Positions 1 through 9,300 of a DNA stretch of 64,000 bases are shown one piece after another. Under the pieces are notes generated by a model. It saw only the letters and a program-made list of their open reading frames with translations, ran no database searches and was not told the DNA's origin. Origin of the DNA: a virus (Duplodnaviria; Caudoviricetes). The DNA is taken from the IMG/VR virus record IMGVR_UViG_2934319770_000001, positions 1,376 through 65,375 of that record; one strand, written 5' to 3'. The position numbers and the translations under genes are program-made. How positions within the stretch are numbered: the stretch's first letter is position 1; each line of letters begins with the position of its first letter.

Positions 1-391
1 GCCAGGGCGCAGGCGCGCGCCACCAGCCCGACAAACAGTTGGTGCAGGGGGTGTCTCAGCAGGATCGCGGACCGACCGTCCGGTCTTCAACCAAGAAAGC
101 AAACAAACTTTCGAAATCGGAGCGTCGGTGCCTCGGCCCGCCTCCGGCTTCGAGGTGCGGCGAACCAGTTGGATGGCCGGCCCAGCGTCAAGGCGTCATC
201 ACGCTTGTGACCTGACGGCGTGACACGAGTAAACGCCCCCCGCTGGGATCGCCAGCCGGCAGCCGCAGAGCGAGAGCGCGGGCGCGGGCGAGGCGCTGGA
301 GGGGAGTCACTCAATCATGGGACCATTCACAACGTGTACACATCAATCACATCCCCGTAACAAGAGCCGATGACGCGTCACATGTAGATCT

Positions 392-1237
392 TCAGCGGGC
401 GTGTTGCATCATCCGTCTGTGCGCATCGCGCAGCGCCTCGACGGTCTCCTCCTCCGAGAGGGCGAGCCGTGCCGCCTTCTCCACCGCCAGGACGGACGAG
501 CTCAACAGGGGGTCAAACAGCCACTGACCCGCAAGCGCAATGGTGTACCGCGCCGCGAGCCCTTCATGTACGTACAGGTGGTCGCCGAAGACCACGAGTC
601 GGCTGACGTTGCCGTGCCAGGTGACCGAGCCCTTCTCGGTGGGCACCAGCCGCACAGTCGCGCGCCCCAGCCGCATGAGACGCAGCAGATGACCGAGCTG
701 GCCAGCCATCACCGCCGGCCCACCGACCGGCCGCTCCAGGACTGAAGCATCCAGGAAGGCCACGTAGCTCTGCTTCCTCGGCCCCTTCGGCTGGAGCCGG
801 GACACACGGTCCGGTGCGGAGAAGCCGCGGTCCGGTACCGTCAGAGCCTTGTCATACGACCGAGTCCGCAGAGCCGCCGGAATCACCGTGGCCTGGTAGG
901 CCGTGATGTCCGTGGCCTGCTGCTCACAGACCGCCAGGCGGTCGCGCCACCCCTCGCCCTGGTCGTCAAGTTGCTCGCCGGTCGCCTTCAACAGCTGGGC
1001 GACTGCCTCGGCCTGGCCGATGGTCTGGTCAAAGTGCCGGTACAGCAGGCCCTTGATGTCCGCCCCCGTGCTGGTGACTTCTCCTCTCTCGATCCGGCTC
1101 AGGGTGCTCACGTCGCGCCCGGTCACTCCGGCTATTTCCACCAGTGAGGCGCCTGCTCGGGCGCGCAGGTGCCGTAGGTAGGCGCCGACGACAACGGCGG
1201 CGGCCCGTTCGGCGGGCGCCGCGTTAAAGGCGGTCAC
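392..1237 (-). CDS. XRE HTH regulator with DUF5753/Scr1-like C-terminal domain
   Basis: GAYLRHLRARAG..SLVEIA..STLSRIERG HTH; IPAALRTRSY, LDASVLERPVGGPAVMAGQLGHL. Confidence 0.8.
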   Translation of the reverse strand: MTAFNAAPAERAAAVVVGAYLRHLRARAGASLVEIAGVTGRDVSTLSRIERGEVTSTGADIKGLLYRHFDQTIGQAEAVAQLLKATGEQLDDQGEGWRDRLAVCEQQATDITAYQATVIPAALRTRSYDKALTVPDRGFSAPDRVSRLQPKGPRKQSYVAFLDASVLERPVGGPAVMAGQLGHLLRLMRLGRATVRLVPTEKGSVTWHGNVSRLVVFGDHLYVHEGLAARYTIALAGQWLFDPLLSSSVLAVEKAARLALSEEETVEALRDAHRRMMQHAR

Positions 1238-1706
1238 CGAGGTCTCCGGGGACGGCGGCGAGGAACTGCCTGAGGCTGTCCGGGTCGCAGAGGTCGTCGG
1301 GGCCAGCGGGCGCGGGGAGCACCCAGTGGGCGTGCGGCAGTTCTGTGCGGCTCGGCGCTGGCAGGGGGATCCGGCAGGTGGGCGTCAGACGCTCGATGCC
1401 GGGCACGTCCCACTGCTCGCGGGTGCCGGGCGGGACCAGGACGTAGTAGATGCGGGGCCGGCCGTCGGCGAGGACAGCCGCGGTGATGCCGTGCTCCGCC
1501 AAGGCGGCCTGAATGCTCACGCGGTCGCGTGCCCCTGCGGCCCGGCGGACGAGAAGGGCCGGGATCCGGATCGTGTCGAAGCGGCGGCCGGCACCCGGGA
1601 CGAGCGCGGACCGTGACGTGGCCCATGCGCGGCGGACCCGGATGGGGTCGTAGCTCTGCGAGGCCAACCACTCGGCGGCCTCGCGCCGTTCGGCGAAGGT
1701 CGTCAT
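1224..1706 (-). CDS. Conserved Streptomyces hypothetical protein (paralog of 2409-2858)
   Basis: WLA..W..YYVLVPPG..W..P..L.DP..L pattern; translationally coupled. Confidence 0.65.
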   Translation of the reverse strand: MTTFAERREAAEWLASQSYDPIRVRRAWATSRSALVPGAGRRFDTIRIPALLVRRAAGARDRVSIQAALAEHGITAAVLADGRPRIYYVLVPPGTREQWDVPGIERLTPTCRIPLPAPSRTELPHAHWVLPAPAGPDDLCDPDSLRQFLAAVPGDLGDRL

Positions 1707-2071
1707 CGGGTCGGGCACTTTTCCCCTTTCGGGAGGTAGCGGAGCAAGTCGTCGACGCGGACGGAGAGGTCGTGCACGTGGCGCGCCTCTTCCCTGCATC
1801 CGCGGACCGGGGGCCTGCCCAGGATCCTGCGGGCGTGTTCCACGGCGTGCGCACGGGCAGGGGTCGCGGCGTCGTTGGGGCGGCAGGCCATCTGGTGCTC
1901 CACCATGCGCACCAGCGCGGTCAGGTAGGCCGTGAGCCGCTCGGTCAGCTCACTGTGATCCATGCGCGGATGACAGAAGTGCGTGACTGCCTGCTCGCTG
2001 GCGGCCTCGATCTCCTCCCGAGACAGGTACTCCAGCTCAACCGGCCGTCTGGCTCGGCGCTTCAAGGACAT
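1703..2071 (-). CDS. DUF6415-like helical hypothetical protein
   Basis: LTERLTAYLTALV..ARRILGRPP pattern; start MSLKRR. Confidence 0.55.
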   Translation of the reverse strand: MSLKRRARRPVELEYLSREEIEAASEQAVTHFCHPRMDHSELTERLTAYLTALVRMVEHQMACRPNDAATPARAHAVEHARRILGRPPVRGCREEARHVHDLSVRVDDLLRYLPKGEKCPTR

Positions 2072-2412
2072 GGCGACTCCCGTAGGTAGTCCAAAAGTTC
2101 GAGGAGAGCCCAATACAGGACGAGGGCGTGGTCCGCCGCGCTGGTGGCGCCTCGCCCCGGCCTCTTGCCCAGCGCAACGCGGGCGCGCTCCAGCGACGCC
2201 TGCCGCATCAAGCGGTCGACGCTCTCGGGGGCGCAGGCCGCGGCCTGGCGCTCGATCAGCCTTATGAGGCCCGTAAGGTGACGGGTCAACCGGGCGATGA
2301 GCCGGACGGTCTCCTGGATCGGGGGTATCAGGACGTAGGCGTCGACGGCCTTGCACAGGTCGGCGCGGACCTGGGCACGGTTCAGGCGCCGATGCGACTG
2401 AGTCGTGATCAT
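2062..2412 (-). CDS. DUF6415-like helical hypothetical protein (paralog)
   Basis: LIARLTRHLTGLI..ARVALGKRPG pattern; overlaps neighbours. Confidence 0.55.
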   Translation of the reverse strand: MITTQSHRRLNRAQVRADLCKAVDAYVLIPPIQETVRLIARLTRHLTGLIRLIERQAAACAPESVDRLMRQASLERARVALGKRPGRGATSAADHALVLYWALLELLDYLRESPCP

Positions 2413-2858
2413 GTGTGCGCGCCTTCGCGGTGGACCGGGGAGGCCGGGATCAGGGCCAGGGCGGCAGCCAGGGTGACGGGATCGGTCAGCCGGCCCGTGC
2501 CGTCCGGACGCTCCAGCCACCCCCGGCCGCACAGCGACTCCCCAGGAGGCGGGCAGCGTAGGAGCCACCCTGGCGGCCGGACGGTGACGCCCTCCAGCCC
2601 GTCGAAGGCTGACGCATGGCCCGGCGGGACCAGCCACCACTGCCAGCTTTCCTCGGCGTAGGTGAGGACCGGTCCGAGGCGCCCCGCACGGCCCAGGGCG
2701 AGTACGACGGGCACGACATCGACGATGCAGTACCTCGTCTTGATGATCTCCCACGCCCTCGTCCGGACCTCCGCGAGCTCCCCCGCCGCCCAGCGCGCTC
2801 GGACGGCGTCCGGGGAGACCGTCTGTGCGGCGAGCCAGTCAGTGCCAGCCGTCGTCAT
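2409..2858 (-). CDS. Conserved Streptomyces hypothetical protein
   Basis: DWLAAQ..GPVL..WWLVPPG..LRCPPPG..WLERPDG.LTDP; GGAG RBS. Confidence 0.7.
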   Translation of the reverse strand: MTTAGTDWLAAQTVSPDAVRARWAAGELAEVRTRAWEIIKTRYCIVDVVPVVLALGRAGRLGPVLTYAEESWQWWLVPPGHASAFDGLEGVTVRPPGWLLRCPPPGESLCGRGWLERPDGTGRLTDPVTLAAALALIPASPVHREGAHT

Positions 2859-3037
2859 CTCCGCACCTCCTCGTGGCACGGGCAGGTGCAGCGAAGCGAT
2901 TCGGTGCCGTCGCGCGGCCCGCCAGTGATGCATCGGATCGTCGTGGCGCCCTCGCACCGGCTGTGCTGCCCGAGGCAGCACGCCTCTGTGACGTGCTGGT
3001 CTACGTGCCGGGGGGAACTTCTTGGGGACTTGGCCAC
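2855..3037 (-). CDS. Small Cys/His-rich protein
   Basis: ACCLGQHSRC..CTCPCH; 4-nt overlap with next gene. Confidence 0.5.
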   Translation of the reverse strand: MAKSPRSSPRHVDQHVTEACCLGQHSRCEGATTIRCITGGPRDGTESLRCTCPCHEEVRR

Positions 3038-3116
3038 GCAGGGACCGTAGGGCGGGTATACCGAAGGTGTCCCACACGATGTGTGTGGGTCGTCGCCTCA
3101 CTTTCGCGGAGTCCTG

Positions 3117-4349
3117 ATGGACCAGTTCGGCCGGCGTGTGCAGTACTGGCGGCTGCGCCGCCGCATGTCGCAGCAGACGCTGGCCACCCTGATGGGCAAG
3201 TCGCTGCGGTGGGTCCAGGAGTTGGAGGGCGGACGCCGTCAAGCTGACCCCCAGCTCTCGGTGGTGCGGCAGTTGGCGCTTCGGCTCGGGATCACGGTGG
3301 ACCGGCTGCTGGCAGACCCGGCCGTTGTGTGCGTGACCGAGCCAGAAGTCGCTGCCGTGCGCGCTGCTTTGCACCGCCACGACGTACTCACCGGCTGGAG
3401 CGATGACGCGCGCGGTGAGCCGGCCCCGGTGGAGATGCTGCGGCGCGCCCTGGAGCACGCTCGTACCGGCTTCCAGGCCGGCCATTTCGCTCAACTAGGG
3501 ACGGTGCTACCGGCGCTGCTGGTGGACGCGACTGGTGCCGCCGCTCGCCACCGAGGCGCGGCGCGGCTACAGGCGTGTGCGGTGCTGTCGCTGACCCTGG
3601 AGCTGGCCGAGGCCGCTGCCGTCAAGTGGGGCGACAGCGGCCTGGCTGTCCTCGCGGGCCAGCGAGCGGTGGCGGCGGCCGAGCGTAGCGAGGACCCGGT
3701 CATCATGGCGTCCGCCGCCCGGCACTTGGCCGACGCGATGACGCACCACGGCCAGGCCGCCGCCGCGGTCGACCTCGCCACCGCCGCCGCCCGCCGGCTT
3801 CAGGAGGATCTGCTGCGGCGTGGCGCGGCCGGGCTGTCGGTGCTGGGCATGTTGTGGCTGAAGGCGGCGATGGCGCAGGCCGCCGCGGCGGAGGCTGACG
3901 ACGAGCAGCCGGATGTTCTCGCCCGGCGTGTGCCGGGCCTCCTTGACCAGGCCGACGGTCACGCCGCTCGACTCGGCGTCGACGGCAACGCCTTGTGGAC
4001 CGCGTTCGGCCCCACCAACTGCGGCCTTTACCGGGTCGCGGCGAGCGTCTACCTGTCGGAGGGCGCCGACGCCCTCGCGGTCGCCGCTGGCATCCCCGAG
4101 CCGGCCCTGACCGCTCTGCCTCGCGAGCGCCGCGCGCACCTGCTGACTGACCGCGCCCGCGCCGAGACGCAGACCGGACAGCGCGAGGAGGCGGTGGCGA
4201 CCTTGCTGGAGGCTGAGCGTCTCGCGCCCGAAGAAGTCCTCTGCCGCCCGCGCTCTCGTCAACTCGTCGAAGACCTGCGGCTGCTGGGGGCTGGCCGAGC
4301 CGAGGGCCGGTTGCACGCCCTGGCGAACCGTTGTGGACTGCCCCAGTGA
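3117..4349 (+). CDS. XRE HTH regulator with helical TPR-like C-terminus
   Basis: GRRVQYWRLRRRMSQQTLA..WVQELEGG HTH; FGPTN and ERRAHLL..LEAERLAPEE motifs. Confidence 0.85.
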   Translation: MDQFGRRVQYWRLRRRMSQQTLATLMGKSLRWVQELEGGRRQADPQLSVVRQLALRLGITVDRLLADPAVVCVTEPEVAAVRAALHRHDVLTGWSDDARGEPAPVEMLRRALEHARTGFQAGHFAQLGTVLPALLVDATGAAARHRGAARLQACAVLSLTLELAEAAAVKWGDSGLAVLAGQRAVAAAERSEDPVIMASAARHLADAMTHHGQAAAAVDLATAAARRLQEDLLRRGAAGLSVLGMLWLKAAMAQAAAAEADDEQPDVLARRVPGLLDQADGHAARLGVDGNALWTAFGPTNCGLYRVAASVYLSEGADALAVAAGIPEPALTALPRERRAHLLTDRARAETQTGQREEAVATLLEAERLAPEEVLCRPRSRQLVEDLRLLGAGRAEGRLHALANRCGLPQ

Positions 4350-4888
4350 CCACACGAACCCTGTACCTGATCGCGTGCGCGGCACCACCTGCGCAGCGCC
4401 TTGAGATTCCGATCCGTGTAGCTCAGCAGGCTGGTTGGGACGTCTGCGTCATTCTGACGCCGTCCGCGTACCGGTGGGCCCGCGAGGACGCCGAGGGCGA
4501 GGTCGAGGCCCTTGAAGCCCTCACCGGACACCCTGTCCGCCACCGGTACAAGCTCCCCAGCCAGAGTGACGTGCTCCCTGCCCCGGACGCGCTGCTCGTC
4601 GCCCCGCTCACCGCGAACACGTTGAACAAGTGGAGCATGGGCATCAGTGACACCCTCGCCCTTGGCCTGATCACGGAGGGAATCGGTCTCGGGCTGCCGA
4701 TCGTCGCTCTGCCGCACTGGAACGACGCCCAGGGCGCGCACCCCGCCGTTGCCCGCAGCGTTGAGGCCCTGCGCGCCGTCGGCGTCCGAGTGCTGCTCGG
4801 CGAAGGCGGGTTCGTCCCGCACAAGCCGAGGCACGGCGACCTTGACGCCTACCCGTGGCACGCCGCGATCGAGGCTCTCCCCTCCTGA
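4346..4888 (+). CDS. HFCD/PPC-decarboxylase-family flavoprotein
   Basis: ILTPSA, DALLVAPLTANTLNKWSMGISDTL, PIVALP..N; coupled to regulator (GTGA). Confidence 0.88.
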   Translation: MTTRTLYLIACAAPPAQRLEIPIRVAQQAGWDVCVILTPSAYRWAREDAEGEVEALEALTGHPVRHRYKLPSQSDVLPAPDALLVAPLTANTLNKWSMGISDTLALGLITEGIGLGLPIVALPHWNDAQGAHPAVARSVEALRAVGVRVLLGEGGFVPHKPRHGDLDAYPWHAAIEALPS

Positions 4889-4998
4889 CCTTCGTGGCCT
4901 ATGGACGTGACGGGCGCCGAAGACCTGGCTCACGCCATCGGTGCCCGGCTGGAGTACCCAAACATGCTGCTGGCCCCGGCCGGGATCACCCTGGTGGC

Positions 4999-5217
4999 AT
5001 GGCCGAGCACGCGCGGATCGTCGTCTACCCGCCGGACAGCACCGGCCGGCGCCGCGTGCGCGCGGACGGGGAAATCCTCGGCATGGCCACCGGGCCGGCC
5101 GACGTCGTGGAATTCGCCCGCCGCGCCGGCTTGGAGGAGCACCTCTTCGCGATCGACGATCCGAAGATCATCGAGTGGCGCGGTGGCGGCCCGGAGGACT
5201 GGGGCACCCCCGTGTGA
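4999..5217 (+). CDS. Small conserved Streptomyces protein
   Basis: IVVYPP..GRRRVRADGEILG..EFARRAGL..IEWRGGGP.DW motif. Confidence 0.7.
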   Translation: MAEHARIVVYPPDSTGRRRVRADGEILGMATGPADVVEFARRAGLEEHLFAIDDPKIIEWRGGGPEDWGTPV

Positions 5218-5487
5218 TCAGTGCCCGTGCTCCCCGTGGCCGATGCCCAGTTCGGGGTCGTCGGACATGGCGCGGAGCATCGCGGCGGTCTGGGCGTCGG
5301 TGAGTGCGGCACCGGTAGTCTGGCGGCGCGCATCCTCGGCGAGGCCGAGCTCGGCGTCGAGCGCGACCATCGCCGCGGGTGTGTCAGTGGCGGATGTGCC
5401 GTCCGCTGTGTGGCCGAGGCAGATGAGCGGCTCCGGCAGGTCGCCGCAGCGAGGGCATCGCAGATCGTCGGGGGCGGGCTCGGACAT
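5218..5487 (-). CDS. Hypothetical protein with CxxC
   Basis: CPRC; AGGAGA RBS. Confidence 0.45.
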   Translation of the reverse strand: MSEPAPDDLRCPRCGDLPEPLICLGHTADGTSATDTPAAMVALDAELGLAEDARRQTTGAALTDAQTAAMLRAMSDDPELGIGHGEHGH

Positions 5488-5636
5488 CGCGTCTCCTTGA
5501 CCTGTGGTGCTCAACCTTCGCTGACACTAGCTCGCGCTCGTCGAAGTCCGTTGGCAAACGGTCAAGGTTCGGGTGGCACAGAAGGCACCCACCCGGGGCG
5601 ACGGGCGTGCGGCCGACTGAACCTAGAATCGCACGC

Positions 5637-5957
5637 ATGTACGATTTGCCGCCCGATCTGCCCCGTCTCCGCACCCTGGAGACCTGGCTCGACCACACCC
5701 TCGGGCGGGTCCGCGGCCGGATCGCCGAGATGGAAGCCGAAGCCGTGCGGACCCCGCCACCTCCGCCGCAGACACCCGCCTGGGAGATCAGCGGCGGACG
5801 TGCCGGACAGGAGACCGTCGTCCACGTCGGCGGCTGCGGCATGGCCGGCAAGCAGAAGCGGCCGATCAGCCGGGAGCAGGCGCTCGGCGCGCTCGCGGGC
5901 GGCCTGACCCCGGCCTGTCCGATCTGCCGGCCTGACACGGAACTGGGCCTGCTGTGA
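5637..5957 (+). CDS. DUF6233 domain protein
   Basis: LPPDLPRLRTL..VHVGGC..ACPICRPDTELG. Confidence 0.8.
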   Translation: MYDLPPDLPRLRTLETWLDHTLGRVRGRIAEMEAEAVRTPPPPPQTPAWEISGGRAGQETVVHVGGCGMAGKQKRPISREQALGALAGGLTPACPICRPDTELGLL

Positions 5958-5982
5958 GGCGGCTCTGGCTACGCTGAAACGC

Positions 5983-6141
5983 ATGCCTGCCGTCTGGGAG
6001 TCGTCGTGCCCCGCCGAGGAGATCAACCGCGCCATCCGCGCGTTCCTCGCCGACCGCGACCGCCCTCTGACGGCGTCCGAACGGCGGGTGTACGAAGAGC
6101 TGCGGGCTCGGTGGGTGGAGGCGGTGCGGCGGCGCAGCTGA
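5983..6141 (+). CDS. Small conserved protein (52 aa; below the ORF-track length cut-off)
   Basis: Manual translation MPAVWESSCPAEEINRAIRAFLADRDRPLTASERRVYEELRARWVEAVRRRS. Confidence 0.55.
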   Translation: MPAVWESSCPAEEINRAIRAFLADRDRPLTASERRVYEELRARWVEAVRRRS

Positions 6142-6161
6142 ACAGCGATGCGATTCCATCG

Positions 6162-6226
6162 ATGTGTAGCGTGCTTGACAGTGGCGCCGGGTGTGCGGGA
6201 CAGTGAATGTCAAGCGCGCTACACAT
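6162..6226. promoter_or_regulatory. 19-bp inverted repeat operator; each arm contains TTGACA
   Basis: ATGTGTAGCGTGCTTGACA..TGTCAAGCGCGCTACACAT (1 mismatch). Confidence 0.65.
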
Positions 6227-6258
6227 TCCGGTGTGGCGGTCTCTTCTGTGGAGGCGTC

Positions 6259-6684
6259 ATGGTCCAGGTATCAGCGGAGCAGATCCGTGAGCTGTGGGAC
6301 AGCGCAAACCCCGTGGCCGAGATCGAGCTAGGCGACGACCTCACCCCCATCACGAAGGACGACCTCGCCGCCCTCGCGGACGCCCTCGACACCGACGACG
6401 ACGGCTACCCCCTGCCCAACCAGTGGCAGGTGATCGCCGACCAACTTAACTCGAACGCCCCCGGCGAGCCGACCACCTCCCAGGGGGACGACGTGCTGGA
6501 CGACATCGCCCAGGCGCGAGCCCGGTTCGACCTCGCCGAGGAGAAGGCCCGCCAGGCCAAAGAGGAGTTCCACGGGGTGATCCGCGCGGCGATGCTCTCA
6601 AAGACGGCCCCGGTGACCGCGATCCGCGAGAAGTCGCGGTACTCCCGGGAGCGCCTCTACCAGATCCGGGACGGACGCCGGTGA
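6259..6684 (+). CDS. Hypothetical protein with C-terminal HTH-like motif
   Basis: APVTAIREKSRYSRERLYQIRDG; GGAGG RBS. Confidence 0.65.
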   Translation: MVQVSAEQIRELWDSANPVAEIELGDDLTPITKDDLAALADALDTDDDGYPLPNQWQVIADQLNSNAPGEPTTSQGDDVLDDIAQARARFDLAEEKARQAKEEFHGVIRAAMLSKTAPVTAIREKSRYSRERLYQIRDGRR

Positions 6685-7445
6685 CAACGGACAGGGAGGT
6701 CCCGCCCGGCGTCCAACCGGAGAAGGACGGGCGGTTGCAATGCCTGGAGTGCGGACGGTGGCTCAAAGCCCTGCCCGCGCACCTCTACCGGCGCGAGGGA
6801 ATGACGGCTGACGAGTACCGGGAACGGCACGGCCTCGCCGCCACGCGCCCCCTCGTCATCCAAGAGCTGAGTGAGCGGTGGCGGCAGCAGACCACGGAAC
6901 GCCAACGGGCAGGCGACATCGTGCCGATCAACGAACAGCAGAGCCCCGAGAAGCAGGCGGCCGTAGGACGGGCTGGCAATGCCCGGCACGTGGACACCGC
7001 GTCGCGGCCAGAAGTGCGCGCACGCCATCGGGCGGCCGTCGTCAAAGGCCGCACGATCGCCCACGACAACGCACGAGCCGCCCTGCACGCTCTGGCGGAG
7101 GTCCGCGGCTACACCTCTTGGGAGGAGCTGATCCGTTCCACCCTTCACCTGAGCGTGAACCGTCTGGGGCGCGACGTCGGACGCGACCCGGGGACGATCG
7201 GCTACTGGCGCGACAAGATCGTAGGAACCGACTGGCGGCACCGAGACGGACGACTCCACCCGAAGCGCCAAGCCGCCTACGACCGGCTGGACGAACTCTT
7301 CGTCGACCACGGATGGAGCGATTTCGAGGAAGCCCTGGCGAAGGTCGGCAGCGTCAGGGCGTTGGCCACGCTTCTCGGTACCGGCGCGGCCACCCTCCAG
7401 GCATGGCGCCTGTACCGAGCGGCCCCTCAAACTGACCAGAGCTGA
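6681..7445 (+). CDS. Ros/MucR-family zinc-finger regulator with extended HTH-like C-terminus
   Basis: LQCLECGRWLKALPAHL..GMTADEYRERHGL..PL. Confidence 0.75.
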   Translation: MTTDREVPPGVQPEKDGRLQCLECGRWLKALPAHLYRREGMTADEYRERHGLAATRPLVIQELSERWRQQTTERQRAGDIVPINEQQSPEKQAAVGRAGNARHVDTASRPEVRARHRAAVVKGRTIAHDNARAALHALAEVRGYTSWEELIRSTLHLSVNRLGRDVGRDPGTIGYWRDKIVGTDWRHRDGRLHPKRQAAYDRLDELFVDHGWSDFEEALAKVGSVRALATLLGTGAATLQAWRLYRAAPQTDQS

Positions 7446-7455
7446 AAACGACAAT

Positions 7456-7492
7456 GCGCCCCCCACCCTGCACGCGGCAGGGCGGGGGGCGC
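7456..7492. terminator. Hairpin between convergent genes
   Basis: GCGCCCCCCACCCTGC-ACGCG-GCAGGGCGGGGGGCGC. Confidence 0.65.
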
Positions 7493-7495
7493 AGT

Positions 7496-7648
7496 TCATG
7501 CGGCGTCGGGCGCCGTCGGCGGCGGAGGCGGCTCGGGAGACGGAGTCGGCTGGGGATCGACGACCCCCATGTCCTCCAGGGTGCCGAGGTCGGCGGCGGT
7601 CGGATCCGGGCGGGGCGTCACGGGGACGGGGGCGGGCTGATCAGGCAC
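7496..7648 (-). CDS. Small Pro-rich protein at end of lysis cassette
   Basis: VPDQPAPVPVTPRPDPTAADLGTLEDMGVVDP; GGAG RBS. Confidence 0.4.
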   Translation of the reverse strand: MPDQPAPVPVTPRPDPTAADLGTLEDMGVVDPQPTPSPEPPPPPTAPDAA

Positions 7649-7666
7649 GGGGCAACTCCAGGGAGG

Positions 7667-7963
7667 TCAGTGGGCGACGGCGGAGTACAAGGAGACGAGC
7701 AGAGCGGCGACGCCGACGACCGCGGCGAGCGACGGCAACGGCCACCGCCCCTTCTCCAGCGCGGCCACCCGCTGCTCCAGAGCGGTGATGTCCGCCCCGA
7801 TCCGCTGCTCCACGGCGACGACGTTGGTCTCCACCGTCGCAGTCCGCTGCAGAACGCCCTCCAGCTTCCCGTTGACGGTGGCGAAACCGGTGTCCACGCT
7901 GCCTCGCAGCCGCTCCAGCTCGACGGCCACGCTCGTGTGGTCGGTCTGGGGCGGCAGCGTCAC
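7667..7963 (-). CDS. Coiled-coil protein with C-terminal TM segment (lysis cassette)
   Basis: VAVELERLRGSVDTGFA..RWPLPSLAAVVGVAALLVSL. Confidence 0.7.
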   Translation of the reverse strand: MTLPPQTDHTSVAVELERLRGSVDTGFATVNGKLEGVLQRTATVETNVVAVEQRIGADITALEQRVAALEKGRWPLPSLAAVVGVAALLVSLYSAVAH

Positions 7964-8196
7964 CGGGGCACCCTCCGCACGACGGTCTCCGTCAGCCCCG
8001 GCCCCTCGGGGCCGGCGGACGAGGCGACGGCGGTCAGCAGCGCGAGCACGGCCGCGAGGCCGGCGGCCGAGAGGGCGCCTGCCCAGTCGGCGTCGAGGAG
8101 CCCGGTGGCGTGGGCGCTGAGGACGCCGAGGAGCGCCTGGGCGAAGGTGCGGACGACGCGCTCGGCGGTGGCACGCCAGAAGGCGGCAGTGTTCAT
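7960..8196 (-). CDS. Holin (r1t-like)
   Basis: FWRATAERVVRTFAQALL..DWAGALS..two TM segments. Confidence 0.85.
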   Translation of the reverse strand: MNTAAFWRATAERVVRTFAQALLGVLSAHATGLLDADWAGALSAAGLAAVLALLTAVASSAGPEGPGLTETVVRRVPR

Positions 8197-8201
8197 GTTG
8201 A

Positions 8202-9233
8202 TCACTTCCAGTAGAGGCCGCGCGCCTGCGCGGACGTCAGGGTCGCGGGGGTGGTGTCTCCGGCTCGGGCCGGGCCGTACGTCACCTCGAAGCGCAGGGC
8301 CTCGGCGGGCAGGATCGATCCTGCATGGGGGAAGTCGACGAAGCTGGAGCCGCTGGTGGCCAGGCGCTCGACGATCGGAGACGTCCACGTCGTGCCATCC
8401 GGCCGCCGGTGCACGAACCGGCCCTGCAGCACGGCGCCGGCCGGGGCGTCGAGGCGCAGGAAGACCGACGCCGTGTAGGAGCGGGCGCCGGAGATGAGGT
8501 CGTCCCGGCCGATCCGGATCATCGTCCAGGTGTCCGGACGCAGGCTGACCTGTGTGTCGCTGTACTCGCCGAGGGTGTACGGCACGTCGTCCTCCGTCGG
8601 AGTGGGGGTGGGCTGTCCGGACTGTCCGGACAGGCGGCGAGCGACCCGGGACCGCATGTCCGGCATGCCGAAGCCCCTGGGGTCGTTCTTGTCGTTCGAC
8701 CACTCCAGGTGGCCGATCACGGACTTCGCCGACCAGCCGTGCACTCGGCACAGTGCGGCGCTCACGCGCTCGATCGCGTCGAGCTGGGCGTCTGGCCAAG
8801 GGTCTTGGCCGTCGCCCATGTTGATGCACTCGAAGCCGTAGAAAGCGTGGTTGCCGTCGACGCCGTCGAGGTTGCCGCGAGTCGGCGGAGGCGGCCGGTC
8901 GCCGTAGTCCTCCGCGATCACCCGCTCCAGGACGATCGGGCAGCCGCCGCCCGCGTGGTTCGTACGGCCGTAGCCGACGAGGTGCACGACGCCAGCCTTG
9001 TCGATGACGCCGTGGCACAGCGGGCCGGGCAGCTCGTCGTAACCGTCGTAGCACAGCTCCACCGACGAATCCGTGCCGCGCGAGACGGTGTGGTGGACGA
9101 CGACGCCGTGGACCGGGCCCCACGGGCCCTTGTGGTTGCGGTTGTGCGTCCGCCAGCCGTCCGTCTCGACGACGCGGACGCCCTCGGCGCGCAGCGCGGC
9201 GAGGAAGCCGTCGGCGGAGAGGGGTGTGGCCAT
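8202..9233 (-). CDS. Endolysin, N-acetylmuramoyl-L-alanine amidase
   Basis: GVVVHHT, NHAG, GFEC, VIGHLEW..KNDP. Confidence 0.9.
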   Translation of the reverse strand: MATPLSADGFLAALRAEGVRVVETDGWRTHNRNHKGPWGPVHGVVVHHTVSRGTDSSVELCYDGYDELPGPLCHGVIDKAGVVHLVGYGRTNHAGGGCPIVLERVIAEDYGDRPPPPTRGNLDGVDGNHAFYGFECINMGDGQDPWPDAQLDAIERVSAALCRVHGWSAKSVIGHLEWSNDKNDPRGFGMPDMRSRVARRLSGQSGQPTPTPTEDDVPYTLGEYSDTQVSLRPDTWTMIRIGRDDLISGARSYTASVFLRLDAPAGAVLQGRFVHRRPDGTTWTSPIVERLATSGSSFVDFPHAGSILPAEALRFEVTYGPARAGDTTPATLTSAQARGLYWK

Positions 9234-9254
9234 GAAGGGCCTCCCTTGGGCATG

Positions 9255-9276
9255 AAAAAAGCCCCGCTCGCGGGGC
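9255..9276 (-). terminator. Rho-independent terminator between tail and lysis genes
   Basis: Minus strand GCCCCGC-GA-GCGGGGC-TTTTTT. Confidence 0.7.
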
Positions 9277-9300
9277 GTTGACGATGAGGAAAGCTGCTGG

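Noticed and set aside
1-391. attL/attR core
   Set aside because: No tRNA end or repeat partner is visible. The integrase-side att lies beyond position 64000, so it cannot be compared.
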